In this document: positions 15,224 to 23,482 of the stretch, one piece after another | Layout: the number at the start of each line of letters is the position of its first letter | Position numbering within the stretch: position 1 is the stretch's first letter | From: a virus | Taxonomy: Duplodnaviria; Caudoviricetes | Reading direction: 5' to 3' (one strand) | Virus record (IMG/VR): IMGVR_UViG_3300008448_000485 | Coordinates: 1-27,727 of that record | Length of the DNA stretch: 27,727 nt | The notes under the pieces: generated by a model | What the model was told of the DNA's origin: nothing | Databases searched by the model: none | What the model saw: the letters and a program-made list of their open reading frames with translations, nothing else | Program-made: the position numbers and the translations under genes

Positions 15224-15982
15224 CTAAAGCACGGTGGTGATGATATGGCCCTCTATTTGGTCCGCAGGTATCGGATAGTCCACCACTAGTGCGCGTTGTA
15301 TCCATCGGTCGGTTCCGTCGTATCTGGCTGCAAAGGGTCGTCTGCCATGCACTCTGATTCGGTTGTTGAGCACCAGCAGGTCCCCGTACTCAAGCACAAT
15401 GGATTCAATAGAGTTGTTGACCGCTTCTCGCAGTAGTTCTAGGGCATGGCTCGCTTCTTCATTTTTCCCCGACATGACCGTATCGTCGTATACGAGTTCC
15501 AAGCCTTTGCCATTGTCTTGCAGTACTGACATAGTGAACTTTGCATCTGTTGCACCATTTTCTTTAAATGATGGGTCTATGCCTGTTTCAAACCATGGCT
15601 GTTTTAGTATCTCTATAGTTTCAGGGGATAGTTTTCCCATGATTTCGTTAAGAGATGCATATGTAGTATGCGCCGCGCTGTCACCTCTCAAACACAGCAG
15701 GAGAAGGTATGAGGGCTTGTACGGGTGGAATGCCGTCTCTGTATGCAGAGCCAGTTCAGCCTTAGATGATGAACTGATTTGCTCGGTCTCATTCTTTTTG
15801 ACTGGCAGCAGGTTCTGAATCAAAGCACCCTTTTGCTCTTGGATGTATCCGATTGGATACCCAAAGTCGCGAGCATATTTGAGCAGCACTTGAGTTGCTT
15901 GCATGTCTGGTATGCCGTAAGGGGACGCAGGGGTAGGAGGAATGACGCCGATGTCTAGACCCCTGAATAAAATAAGACTCAT
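15224..15982 (-). CDS. Fe(II)/2-oxoglutarate dioxygenase, clavaminate synthase/AsnO/VioC-like (TauD/TfdA superfamily)
   Basis: LHTETAFHPYKPSYLLLLCLR (H-x-E), GDLLVLNNRIRVHGR, RYDGTDRWIQR. Confidence 0.9.
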   Translation of the reverse strand: MSLILFRGLDIGVIPPTPASPYGIPDMQATQVLLKYARDFGYPIGYIQEQKGALIQNLLPVKKNETEQISSSSKAELALHTETAFHPYKPSYLLLLCLRGDSAAHTTYASLNEIMGKLSPETIEILKQPWFETGIDPSFKENGATDAKFTMSVLQDNGKGLELVYDDTVMSGKNEEASHALELLREAVNNSIESIVLEYGDLLVLNNRIRVHGRRPFAARYDGTDRWIQRALVVDYPIPADQIEGHIITTVL

Positions 15983-16005
15983 CTTTGTGTTCCCGTTAGA
16001 TTTAT

Positions 16006-16419
16006 CTAAGATTCAAACACATCTGCGAGCATGCTTCCTTCTGCTCGCAAATTGAATCCGCTTGTTCGGTTGTAGTGGAGCCATTGAATGTCGTCAATAT
16101 TCAAGTCATTGACAATCTTGAGTATGGTCAACTCAACATCCATGCTATTAGATGTATAAACATCTATCCGTACATGTGCTGGGACTGGTTCGTCAAAGAT
16201 ATGGATGGAGATGTGCGAGGTATCCAGCATGAGCGAGCCGATGAGCCCTCGCGCGCCCGCGCGCTTGCTGTAGCGCACGCGCGTACCGCCGACACGGTGA
16301 ACGCCGATGGTTTCGGCAATACCCTTGAGGAACTTGCGCAGTTGCCACTTACTGGTGATAGGAAATGCTGTCTCGGCATTAATCATCAAATGGTTATGAG
16401 AGTACTTCTTCTTTGCCAT
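16006..16419 (-). CDS. speD: S-adenosylmethionine decarboxylase (SpeD)-like pyruvoyl proenzyme, variant
   Basis: HNHLMINAE, GLIGSLMLDTSHISIHIFDE, IDVYTS; start 16419 or 16449 uncertain. Confidence 0.8.
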   Translation of the reverse strand: MAKKKYSHNHLMINAETAFPITSKWQLRKFLKGIAETIGVHRVGGTRVRYSKRAGARGLIGSLMLDTSHISIHIFDEPVPAHVRIDVYTSNSMDVELTILKIVNDLNIDDIQWLHYNRTSGFNLRAEGSMLADVFES

Positions 16420-16657
16420 ATGGATTTTCGGCTTTCTTGATGCAGTCATTCAGGGTTGATTCCGCCCAATAAACAAACTCTTTGAGGTCGGTTCCTGGGA
16501 ACTGCAAGCGTAGTACATGCTGAGCAACCATGCGGTTATTAATCGCATCACCTCTGTAGATGTCAACATCTGTGCCGCCAGCCCACCGAGCAGACCAAAT
16601 ATCCTTGCCATCACCAAAGATATCTATGGATACTTCGTGGGTGTCTATAACTTTCAT
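16394..16657 (-). CDS. Hypothetical protein
   Basis: 87 aa, AGGAG SD upstream. Confidence 0.7.
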   Translation of the reverse strand: MKVIDTHEVSIDIFGDGKDIWSARWAGGTDVDIYRGDAINNRMVAQHVLRLQFPGTDLKEFVYWAESTLNDCIKKAENPYGKEEVLS

Positions 16658-16681
16658 AACGGCTCCTGTAGTCGGTTAGAT

Positions 16682-16921
16682 TTATCTGGCTTGCTGTGTA
16701 CTGAGTTTGTTGATAATTGCCTTTTCAAGCATATACGCATGTTCGTATTCGTGGCGCATTGCATCAAAATCCTTGAATTCTGCCCAGTAACTCATTTTAA
16801 CTGCCGTTTTTCGCCATAATTCAATCAAATTCGCCGCATTTGTCGCATCATCGTGCATGAGGCATTTACTGACAGGATTTTTGACTCTGTCCAAAAAATC
16901 TTCATAAGTGATTTCAGTCAT
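16682..16921 (-). CDS. Hypothetical protein
   Basis: MTEITYEDF start overlaps upstream stop (ATGACTGA). Confidence 0.65.
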   Translation of the reverse strand: MTEITYEDFLDRVKNPVSKCLMHDDATNAANLIELWRKTAVKMSYWAEFKDFDAMRHEYEHAYMLEKAIINKLSTQQAR

Positions 16922-17231
16922 TGATTGTCGCCTTTTCGTATGCCTTAAGTGCAACAAGCATTAAATCATTGAAGCGTTGAGCAGAAAGGGTGTCGTACAC
17001 ATCGGGCTCATAATCATTTGGGTCAAAAGTACTCTGAAAATTATATTCTTTTTCAGGGTTGCCTTCTGTTTCGTTATCGTCGCACCAGGTTCGCTGGTCT
17101 TGCCTGTACTGCTTGGAATCATGGTCGGGGTGACGCAACTTCCATTCATCTCGTAACCGAAGTCGCTCTGATAGGTCATCAGAGTAACTCTTCAATCTGT
17201 CAAATGATTCTTTTGCGAAATTCTCGCTCAT
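16914..17231 (-). CDS. Hypothetical protein
   Basis: 105 aa, ATGA coupling to upstream gene. Confidence 0.7.
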   Translation of the reverse strand: MSENFAKESFDRLKSYSDDLSERLRLRDEWKLRHPDHDSKQYRQDQRTWCDDNETEGNPEKEYNFQSTFDPNDYEPDVYDTLSAQRFNDLMLVALKAYEKATIND

Positions 17232-17683
17232 TTCTGAGCCGCCTGTTCGTAAACCTCCATCGCATCGTGTGGATTGCCTTCAACCAAGTACTGATGCATG
17301 ACTCCAGCAAGATTGCACCACTTTTCCGTCTCTTCTCGCGCTTGGCCAGCGATTGCTTTCCAGCGGTCGCGTTCAAATTCAAGACTGAGCGCTTTCTTTG
17401 CCATGATTTCTGATTCAGATTCCCAGCCTTCAACTTCATTGTTTGTCAGTTTGGTGGCGATTTCTTTCCACTTGTCGCGCTCGTTCTCTGCGTCTTTCAG
17501 TTGGCGGAATGTTTCCATATCCATTTTTGCTACTTTTGATTTATCCATCATTTCCCTCGTTTCGTATTCTGCTTGTGCACCGCACTTACCAGTTCCTTCG
17601 TAGGAACATTGAGCCTTCCATGGCGTCATGTCGTAAACATCACACCAGGAAACTCCACACTTTTCTGTTTCTGCTTCGTACAT
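17228..17683 (-). CDS. Hypothetical coiled-coil protein with internal ERDxWxxIA repeats
   Basis: ERDKWKEIA, ERDRWKAIA, ETEKWCNLA; ATG 2 nt after upstream stop. Confidence 0.7.
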   Translation of the reverse strand: MYEAETEKCGVSWCDVYDMTPWKAQCSYEGTGKCGAQAEYETREMMDKSKVAKMDMETFRQLKDAENERDKWKEIATKLTNNEVEGWESESEIMAKKALSLEFERDRWKAIAGQAREETEKWCNLAGVMHQYLVEGNPHDAMEVYEQAAQK

Positions 17684-17685
17684 TT

Positions 17686-18189
17686 TTACTCCCACCACCC
17701 ATCATCTTGCTTCTTATTTAAAAACTCAACAAGAGTGCTGAATGGGATAAGAATATCTTTTGGGGCGCTATAAAACCACTCGTTTATTTCTCGTTTTTTG
17801 TCAAATGCGCTGACTTTTCTCCACCTGTCATATGTCTTTGGGGAGATACAAACTATGCCGTGAGATATTTGTGAAATCAAAACATATGCTGCTGGTTTCT
17901 TGACCTTTGCATCGTAGCCAGACACGGTATCAACAAAAAGAGAATTGAATGGGTAAGAAAGAACATCGTCAGTGAAGTCCCTGGTTGATGATTTGACTTC
18001 AAGACAGTTTTCGGACCAGTCAAAAACAATGTCTTTTTCGTACTTAGTCATAAATTCGCGCTCTTCATTGCTCTTGGCAATTTGCACTTCAGTTGCGCGG
18101 CAGCGAACACCGTTGTCATTCAGTCGGCGCGCTACTTTTTTAGCCCAAGTTCCACCTTCATAGAAGGAATTCACATAATCAAAAGCCAT
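17686..18189 (-). CDS. PD-(D/E)XK nuclease-like protein
   Basis: KDIV...LEVKSS with upstream helix E residue. Confidence 0.6.
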   Translation of the reverse strand: MAFDYVNSFYEGGTWAKKVARRLNDNGVRCRATEVQIAKSNEEREFMTKYEKDIVFDWSENCLEVKSSTRDFTDDVLSYPFNSLFVDTVSGYDAKVKKPAAYVLISQISHGIVCISPKTYDRWRKVSAFDKKREINEWFYSAPKDILIPFSTLVEFLNKKQDDGWWE

Positions 18190-18193
18190 ATTT

Positions 18194-18625
18194 TCAGTCG
18201 TACCTGTTGTTGTATAGCATGTCCATCACTTCGTCTGGTTCAAGCAGGAAACCTCGTGTTGGATTGTCTGAGTTACGAGCAAAATCACCCTTTGTTTCCT
18301 CGTTAAAACGGCCTGGATTAGCGCGTAAGTACCGCTTTAACCGCTCAACCGAAACAATCACAAACGCTTCGCCAAGCGAGTAGATGTAGACCCACCATTG
18401 CGCCGTGGTTACATTGATTCCAGACTTTTTCCACCCTCTGTTATACGGGTTTTGGTCTGTTTCTACCACCATTCTGCCATTGCGATATCTATCGGTCTTT
18501 ACTTCGCTTGAACCTGATATCAGACTCTGGAAAAACTTCTTTACCGACTCTTCACCTTGTTGACCAAACGCAAGGTCAGCATCAAAATTGGGGCTGATAT
18601 CAAAGCCAGGGTTATAACCACTCAC
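18194..18625 (-). CDS. PD-(D/E)XK nuclease-like phage protein
   Basis: FDADLAFGQQGE, EVKTD, VE...KSGINVTTAQWW. Confidence 0.65.
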   Translation of the reverse strand: MSGYNPGFDISPNFDADLAFGQQGEESVKKFFQSLISGSSEVKTDRYRNGRMVVETDQNPYNRGWKKSGINVTTAQWWVYIYSLGEAFVIVSVERLKRYLRANPGRFNEETKGDFARNSDNPTRGFLLEPDEVMDMLYNNRYD

Positions 18626-18927
18626 TTTTCATCGGCTTCTTTTGTTACGCACTCCCAGCCGCATGCAGAGTAGCCAATTGCATCTTTCCAATGGTCCTCA
18701 TTTTCTGGAGTCCATGTGAGGCGGGCAGTCTTCAGCAGGTTCATCATCGCCGCCACATCGTGAGGCTTAACAACCAACTTCCCGCGCCTATGAATGGTGC
18801 GTTCAAGGTATGTCTGCCAGAACTCTGCAGTTGTTGTGAAGTCGTCAAATGGTTCGCCGTACGAACTATTGCGCTCACCGTCAATGATTTTTGCTGTATC
18901 AACCAGGATTTCGCCACGAATATTCAT
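18622..18927 (-). CDS. DUF6378-like phage protein
   Basis: GERNSSYG.P..F...A.FW..YL...DVAAMM.LLK.AR...D.W.D.IGY; leaderless TAGGCT 6 nt upstream. Confidence 0.8.
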   Translation of the reverse strand: MNIRGEILVDTAKIIDGERNSSYGEPFDDFTTTAEFWQTYLERTIHRRGKLVVKPHDVAAMMNLLKTARLTWTPENEDHWKDAIGYSACGWECVTKEADEK

Positions 18928-18944
18928 GGCTGGAGCCTACCTAG

Positions 18945-19517
18945 TTATTTGCATCTATGTGCATATTCAGGACCCCATGCGCACGGGTCCCATGGGTCCC
19001 AGCCAGCGAGCCTGAACAGTTCTCGTCCAACTATCAAGTTGTTGACAGGGTCAAGTAGGTCTTTTTGCTTGCAAAAGCCGAACTGGACGCACGCAATGGC
19101 GTTTTTGTTTCGGCTTATATCCCAGTTCACGCCGTTAATTTGGAGCAAACCAGAGTCCGACTTATTCGTTGCTTTGGTGTAGCCAGTTATGTTGCAGTTT
19201 TCGTCAACAATGGAACTACCAATGCGATTCGGGCAACCACCCGACTCGCGAAGAATGATTTGTCCCAACTTTTTCCAAGTCTTCTTGGGCCAACCAGCCT
19301 GAGCGGCCAGTTGAGGAAGCCATGAAATGTCCCCATGAGCAAACACGATTGCCTGCTGGGATTGGGTTCGTCTTTCGTCTTGCTTTTGTAACAATTGTGC
19401 TGATTGGGAGGGTTCTCTCCATGAATCAACTGTCGGCACTGATGCCGCCTCGGCTGGTATTGCTACGCCAAGGGTGAAAAAAAGTAAAGAAATTCCCCAT
19501 CCAGTAATTGTTTTCAA
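18945..19517 (-). CDS. Secreted lytic transglycosylase (SLT/lysozyme-like)
   Basis: Signal peptide; IILRESGG (catalytic Glu), DSGLLQIN, LLDPVNNL, GWDPW; AGGAG SD before TTG. Confidence 0.85.
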   Translation of the reverse strand: MKTITGWGISLLFFTLGVAIPAEAASVPTVDSWREPSQSAQLLQKQDERRTQSQQAIVFAHGDISWLPQLAAQAGWPKKTWKKLGQIILRESGGCPNRIGSSIVDENCNITGYTKATNKSDSGLLQINGVNWDISRNKNAIACVQFGFCKQKDLLDPVNNLIVGRELFRLAGWDPWDPCAWGPEYAHRCK

Positions 19518-19622
19518 TTTTCTCTCCTGCTATCGGTGGATATGTCTGCGGCGTCCTAGTAATTACCGCGCTATGTATCTTTATCGCAAGTACATCTAGT
19601 CTATCAAATAATTACAGGCTGA

Positions 19623-19817
19623 TTACAACTTCTGCGGATTTCCCTTAAAGTACTTGACAAATTCGTCTCCATCAATGATGATTTCAGGTATTAGTGCTTC
19701 AATTTGCAACAGTAAATCAACGACTTCGGTGATTTTGATGAAGTTTCTTTTACCCGCAATAGACCTAGAAAGCAAGTTTTGAATAGATTCGTCTATTAGT
19801 TCATAGATATTGGTCAT
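19623..19817 (-). CDS. Hypothetical protein
   Basis: 64 aa; leaderless TAGGGT 6 nt upstream. Confidence 0.65.
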   Translation of the reverse strand: MTNIYELIDESIQNLLSRSIAGKRNFIKITEVVDLLLQIEALIPEIIIDGDEFVKYFKGNPQKL

Positions 19818-19904
19818 ATTCCCACCCTAGCGCAATAATTGCACTACCAAAACCCTAAATGATGTAGTCCGCCTTTCGCTAGATTTATCCGATAGTATGT
19901 CTGC

Positions 19905-20927
19905 ATGGCACATAACATAGAAATCGGAAAAGACGGACGCGCCAAGATGGCGTATTCAAATAGGGAAATCCCATGGCACCGACTAGGCAAGCCAATGGAC
20001 AAAGACGCACTCACGGCAGAGCAGATGCTCGTAGCGGCTCAGGCTGACTTTGATGTGGTTCTTGCGAGCGTGGCCGCAATTGACGCAGAAGGCAATATGT
20101 TGCGCAACCCAGACGGAACCCCAGTCATTATTGACGACTCTAGAGCCACCGTGCGAGTTAATCCGAACGGAACATTTGATGGCCTGTCAACGGTGGGCAC
20201 TCGTTTTGTTGTTCAGCAAAATCGCGAGGTCCTAGACCGTGCGCTGGATGTGGTTGGCGCTTCAAAAGGGGACGCTGTAGTTGACACCGTTGGAGTCCTT
20301 GACGGCGGTCGTGAATTCTTCGCCTGTATTGACTTGGGTGGGCTGATTATTGACCCGACTGGAGTCAATGACCAGATTGAGCGCTTCCTTCTCGTCCGCA
20401 ACGGGCACAACGGAAAGACCCCAATCACCTTTGCAAACACCTCAATTCGCGCTGTATGCAAGAACACCGTTATCGCAGGCTTAGACGCCGCTAGGAGCGT
20501 GTTTACGGCGCGCCACACCCGTAACGCCGACTCTGCAATGGAAGAAGCACAGACGGTTCTGCGCATGTCTACGGAGTGGGCTGCAGAATTTAGTCGCACA
20601 GCAGAAAAACTGCTCGCAATCCCAATGAATCCAGTAAAAATTGACAAAGTCATTTCTACTGCTTTCCCAAAAAAGACGCAAGAAACACAGCGCCAAGAGG
20701 AGAATCGCGAGCAAGTTTGGGCAATCGTTAGAGACATCTACAAGAACTCAAACAATGCTGGTGGGTACGGCGAAAACGGCTGGTCAATGCTTAATGCAAT
20801 TGGCGAGTATCTTGACCACTATCGCGATGCAGACATGCTTGACCGCGCAAATGCGTCAATGAACATGTACTCGTGGGTTTCAAAGACCAAGGTTCAATCT
20901 GAAAAATTTATTCTTTCGCTAGTTTGA
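19905..20927 (+). CDS. DUF932 family phage/plasmid protein
   Basis: MAHNIE...PWHRLG, VVQQN, GVLDGGR, NGHNG, IRAVCKNT, RHT, W...NAIGEYLDH; leaderless TAGTAT. Confidence 0.9.
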   Translation: MAHNIEIGKDGRAKMAYSNREIPWHRLGKPMDKDALTAEQMLVAAQADFDVVLASVAAIDAEGNMLRNPDGTPVIIDDSRATVRVNPNGTFDGLSTVGTRFVVQQNREVLDRALDVVGASKGDAVVDTVGVLDGGREFFACIDLGGLIIDPTGVNDQIERFLLVRNGHNGKTPITFANTSIRAVCKNTVIAGLDAARSVFTARHTRNADSAMEEAQTVLRMSTEWAAEFSRTAEKLLAIPMNPVKIDKVISTAFPKKTQETQRQEENREQVWAIVRDIYKNSNNAGGYGENGWSMLNAIGEYLDHYRDADMLDRANASMNMYSWVSKTKVQSEKFILSLV

Positions 20928-20990
20928 CATTGCGTAATGCGATAATGTTCATGTCGCGCAAATATTTTTGTCAAACGAGATTGGATATCT

Positions 20991-21407
20991 ATGTCAGATT
21001 TTAATGACGGGGAAGAAATTCCAAGCAGAGACGAGTTTTTGGCGTTTCTCAGTGACTTCATTGCCAGTGCGCGCAAGTCAGACGAAATGTTTCGCTCTAA
21101 TTACTGCGGCATGGTCGTCAACAAGGTCTATAACGACTTTGGGTATGAGGGTCTTTGCAACCTGATGATGGCAATTGATGACAGAGCACATTGGATTTCG
21201 GACATTTTGATTGAAAATTCCGATTTAGATGAAATCATGTTTGCAAAGTACGGGTTTTACGACTCAAAAATCACAGAGAAGGCTCGCAATACGCAAGCAA
21301 TGCTTGAGTTGAACGGAAAAATCTGGAAATTGCGTCGTCGTTACGCGAAGTTGATTGTTGAAGAACTAATTAACGGCAGTCCAATGGAAGAAGAAGAGGC
21401 GAGATGA
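20991..21407 (+). CDS. Hypothetical protein
   Basis: 138-aa ORF, coupled to next gene. Confidence 0.7.
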   Translation: MSDFNDGEEIPSRDEFLAFLSDFIASARKSDEMFRSNYCGMVVNKVYNDFGYEGLCNLMMAIDDRAHWISDILIENSDLDEIMFAKYGFYDSKITEKARNTQAMLELNGKIWKLRRRYAKLIVEELINGSPMEEEEAR

Positions 21408-21613
21408 GCGGATTGGCGCGTCATAAAGTCGCTAGTTCAATATGGAATCGCTTTATTGACAAAACATTAGGCATGTCCGATGAAGAAATTTCGGAATGGG
21501 TTAAAAACAACTACCCAAACGGCGAAATTAAGAGTAAAAAAGACAGATTTGGCAAAACAATATGGTTTGTTGATGTGTCTTCAATCAATTTGGCATTCCC
21601 CACAGGGGAATAA
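21404..21613 (+). CDS. Hypothetical protein
   Basis: 69 aa, ATGA overlap, GAGG SD. Confidence 0.65.
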   Translation: MSGLARHKVASSIWNRFIDKTLGMSDEEISEWVKNNYPNGEIKSKKDRFGKTIWFVDVSSINLAFPTGE

Positions 21614-21625
21614 CACCGCTTTTTC

Positions 21626-21850
21626 TTACAAGAAGTTTTTTGCGTCAAGAACAACGCCGTAAATCTTCTCAAAATCTGCACATAGCGGCTTGATTGACAT
21701 GGGCGTTCCATGAGTCGTGTAAACCCTGGTCCCCAAGTGTGCGGGAGGGTACATTTTGAACTTGTTGTTCTTGTTTATAACCGTGAACCCAATTTTTTCA
21801 ATTTCTCTTACAAACTTCATGATTGATTTGTTGCCATGGACTCTTGCCAT
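21626..21850 (-). CDS. HicA-like (dsRBD fold) protein
   Basis: FVREIEKIGFTV...FKMYPP...VYTTHGTP; size and pattern match HicA-like phage proteins. Confidence 0.55.
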   Translation of the reverse strand: MARVHGNKSIMKFVREIEKIGFTVINKNNKFKMYPPAHLGTRVYTTHGTPMSIKPLCADFEKIYGVVLDAKNFL

Positions 21851-21936
21851 TTTTTACCTCGTTAACTAGTGATAGTACTAGTTACTGTCTACAGGCAAAA
21901 ATGAAAAATGACAACCCTGAAACGGGGGTTTATTCC

Positions 21937-22104
21937 CTATTCTGGCTTCATGAAGTCTGGTGGAGCAATCTTTACCTCATCACGATGCAGGGAAAAGGCC
22001 CTACGAGCCTTTTTCGCGTCGTCCTCTGAGATTTGAGTTGGGGAAATACCAAGAATGCCCGCCATGCGCGACCTAAAAGTCTTTGATTGGCGGTTCTTGC
22101 TCAT
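21937..22104 (-). CDS. Small basic hypothetical protein
   Basis: MSKNRQSK..., 55 aa, 2 nt after upstream stop. Confidence 0.6.
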   Translation of the reverse strand: MSKNRQSKTFRSRMAGILGISPTQISEDDAKKARRAFSLHRDEVKIAPPDFMKPE

Positions 22105-22106
22105 GG

Positions 22107-22337
22107 TTACTTGGACAACCAACTCCGAAGACGCTTGAGGATGCCCTTGCGTTCGGCAATTGCAATTGCCTCGTTGATTTGGTTGGTAAGTTTCTCACGA
22201 ACTTCCTCAATTGCTTGTGGAACTTCAATGGTCACTTCTGCTTTCACTTTTTGTGGAGCAGCCTTTTTCTTTGGCGCAGCCTTTTTTGCTGGAGCCTTCT
22301 TAACTGCCTTTTTTGCTGTTTTCTTTTTAGTTGCCAT
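22107..22337 (-). CDS. Lys/Ala-rich histone-like protein
   Basis: MATKKKTAKKAVKKAPAKKAAPKKKAAPQK resembles PAKK/KAAK tails of actinobacterial HupB and histone H1. Confidence 0.7.
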   Translation of the reverse strand: MATKKKTAKKAVKKAPAKKAAPKKKAAPQKVKAEVTIEVPQAIEEVREKLTNQINEAIAIAERKGILKRLRSWLSK

Positions 22338-22397
22338 AACTATGAACCCTAGCCTATTATCCGCCACCAGCGGTGAAACTATTGCTAGTGTTCGTTG

Positions 22398-23018
22398 GTG
22401 GATTTATACGAAGATAGTTTTTCAAAAATTGCATTGACACTTACGGCGACCCAGGTCGCCAAGGGGCAAATCGTCAAAGAAGACGGAATTGGCGAGGAAC
22501 TGGCTTTCAACTTCTTTGCCTGGCGCGATTCTGTCCCAAAAATATGCGCCCAGTTGGACACTCAGTACATGAAAGAAGTGCCTGGGGAAAGATTCCTAAG
22601 GTGCGTTGATTTAGTCAAAATGTTCCGCTTAAAACTGGGCATGGATGCGGTGACATTTATTGCTGAGGGTTATGTGTCAAACGAAAAACACGAAAAGCCG
22701 CTGCCAGAAGCATTTGTTGAAAACGACCCAGATGTACACGAGTGCCTAACGATAATGCATTGCGAGATGCGCCCTGGCTCGGACACTCCAGACATCTACC
22801 TGTTTGCAATGCCCTATGAGTACAAAATTGGGCGCGAAGTAATTTGGGGTAATTTAAGGTCATTCTCGCAAAATGCCGCTGAGGTCGTGTCTGCATATTC
22901 TTACCCAAAAATGTTGTACACAGTTTTGAAGTACCCCTGTGGAGAACCTGTGGATAATCTTGACGAAGAGATGGTGGAACTTTTATTAAGCACTGGATTC
23001 CACATCCAAGAGTTTTAG
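22398..23018 (+). CDS. Hypothetical protein
   Basis: 206 aa from GTG 22398, 6 nt after TAGTGT. Confidence 0.7.
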   Translation: MDLYEDSFSKIALTLTATQVAKGQIVKEDGIGEELAFNFFAWRDSVPKICAQLDTQYMKEVPGERFLRCVDLVKMFRLKLGMDAVTFIAEGYVSNEKHEKPLPEAFVENDPDVHECLTIMHCEMRPGSDTPDIYLFAMPYEYKIGREVIWGNLRSFSQNAAEVVSAYSYPKMLYTVLKYPCGEPVDNLDEEMVELLLSTGFHIQEF

Positions 23019-23093
23019 TGCCCTCGGGTGGAATTGAACCACCGTGTACCCCTACGGTTTCCACACCTTATAAGAGTGAGCCGATACGAGGGC
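23019..23093 (-). tRNA. Non-canonical tRNA-Ile (anticodon UAU) lacking a normal D-arm, with expanded variable region
   Basis: GCCCTCG/CGAGGGC acceptor stem + A discriminator; GGTGG-TTCAATT-CCACC T-arm; CACT-CTTATAA-GGTG anticodon arm; only 8 nt between acceptor and anticodon stems; CCA not encoded. Confidence 0.8.
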
Positions 23094-23106
23094 GTATACT
23101 ATTGAC

Positions 23107-23418
23107 ATGACCTTTTACCGACAGGATAGTTTTTCGCAGTCATTTGTCGGTGGGAACATACCACTCTCAAGAGCCGACAGGCAACCATGCCCAGTGTGCG
23201 GGCACCCAACTGGTGATTGCGTTGGTGAATCAAAGAAGCCAGAGCATATTGCAGGCTTCAATCAAATTGAATCAATGAAATTAAATCAAACGGTTTTAGT
23301 TGAAGAAGATATTTGGGAAGAAATAATGTTGACACCTTTCACAAAGACAAAAATTCTTGTGTATCCAAAAGGAAAACAGATTCCAATCGCCGAAGCGGAA
23401 AAATTAGGATTAATTTAG
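23107..23418 (+). CDS. Hypothetical phage protein with CPVCGHPTGDC motif
   Basis: C-x2-C-x-H-x4-C; leaderless TATACT 6 nt upstream. Confidence 0.75.
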   Translation: MTFYRQDSFSQSFVGGNIPLSRADRQPCPVCGHPTGDCVGESKKPEHIAGFNQIESMKLNQTVLVEEDIWEEIMLTPFTKTKILVYPKGKQIPIAEAEKLGLI

Positions 23419-23482
23419 ACCCTTTCAGTATTTTCGGGTAGTGTAAACTCGTTAACCACTCGCTATTAGATAAGGGCCTATC

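Noticed and set aside
14967-15305. ORFs over the DnaA/LexA array with repeated YPQ or LWIT peptides
   Set aside because: Peptide repeats are just translations of the DNA boxes; no RBS or leaderless box
19518-19620. c-di-AMP (ydaO) riboswitch before the transglycosylase
   Set aside because: The conserved GCCGAAUCC and GGAACCGGGGG-type segments are not present
22949-22957. Fourth perfect DnaA box TGTGGATAA
   Set aside because: Isolated and inside a CDS; compatible with chance
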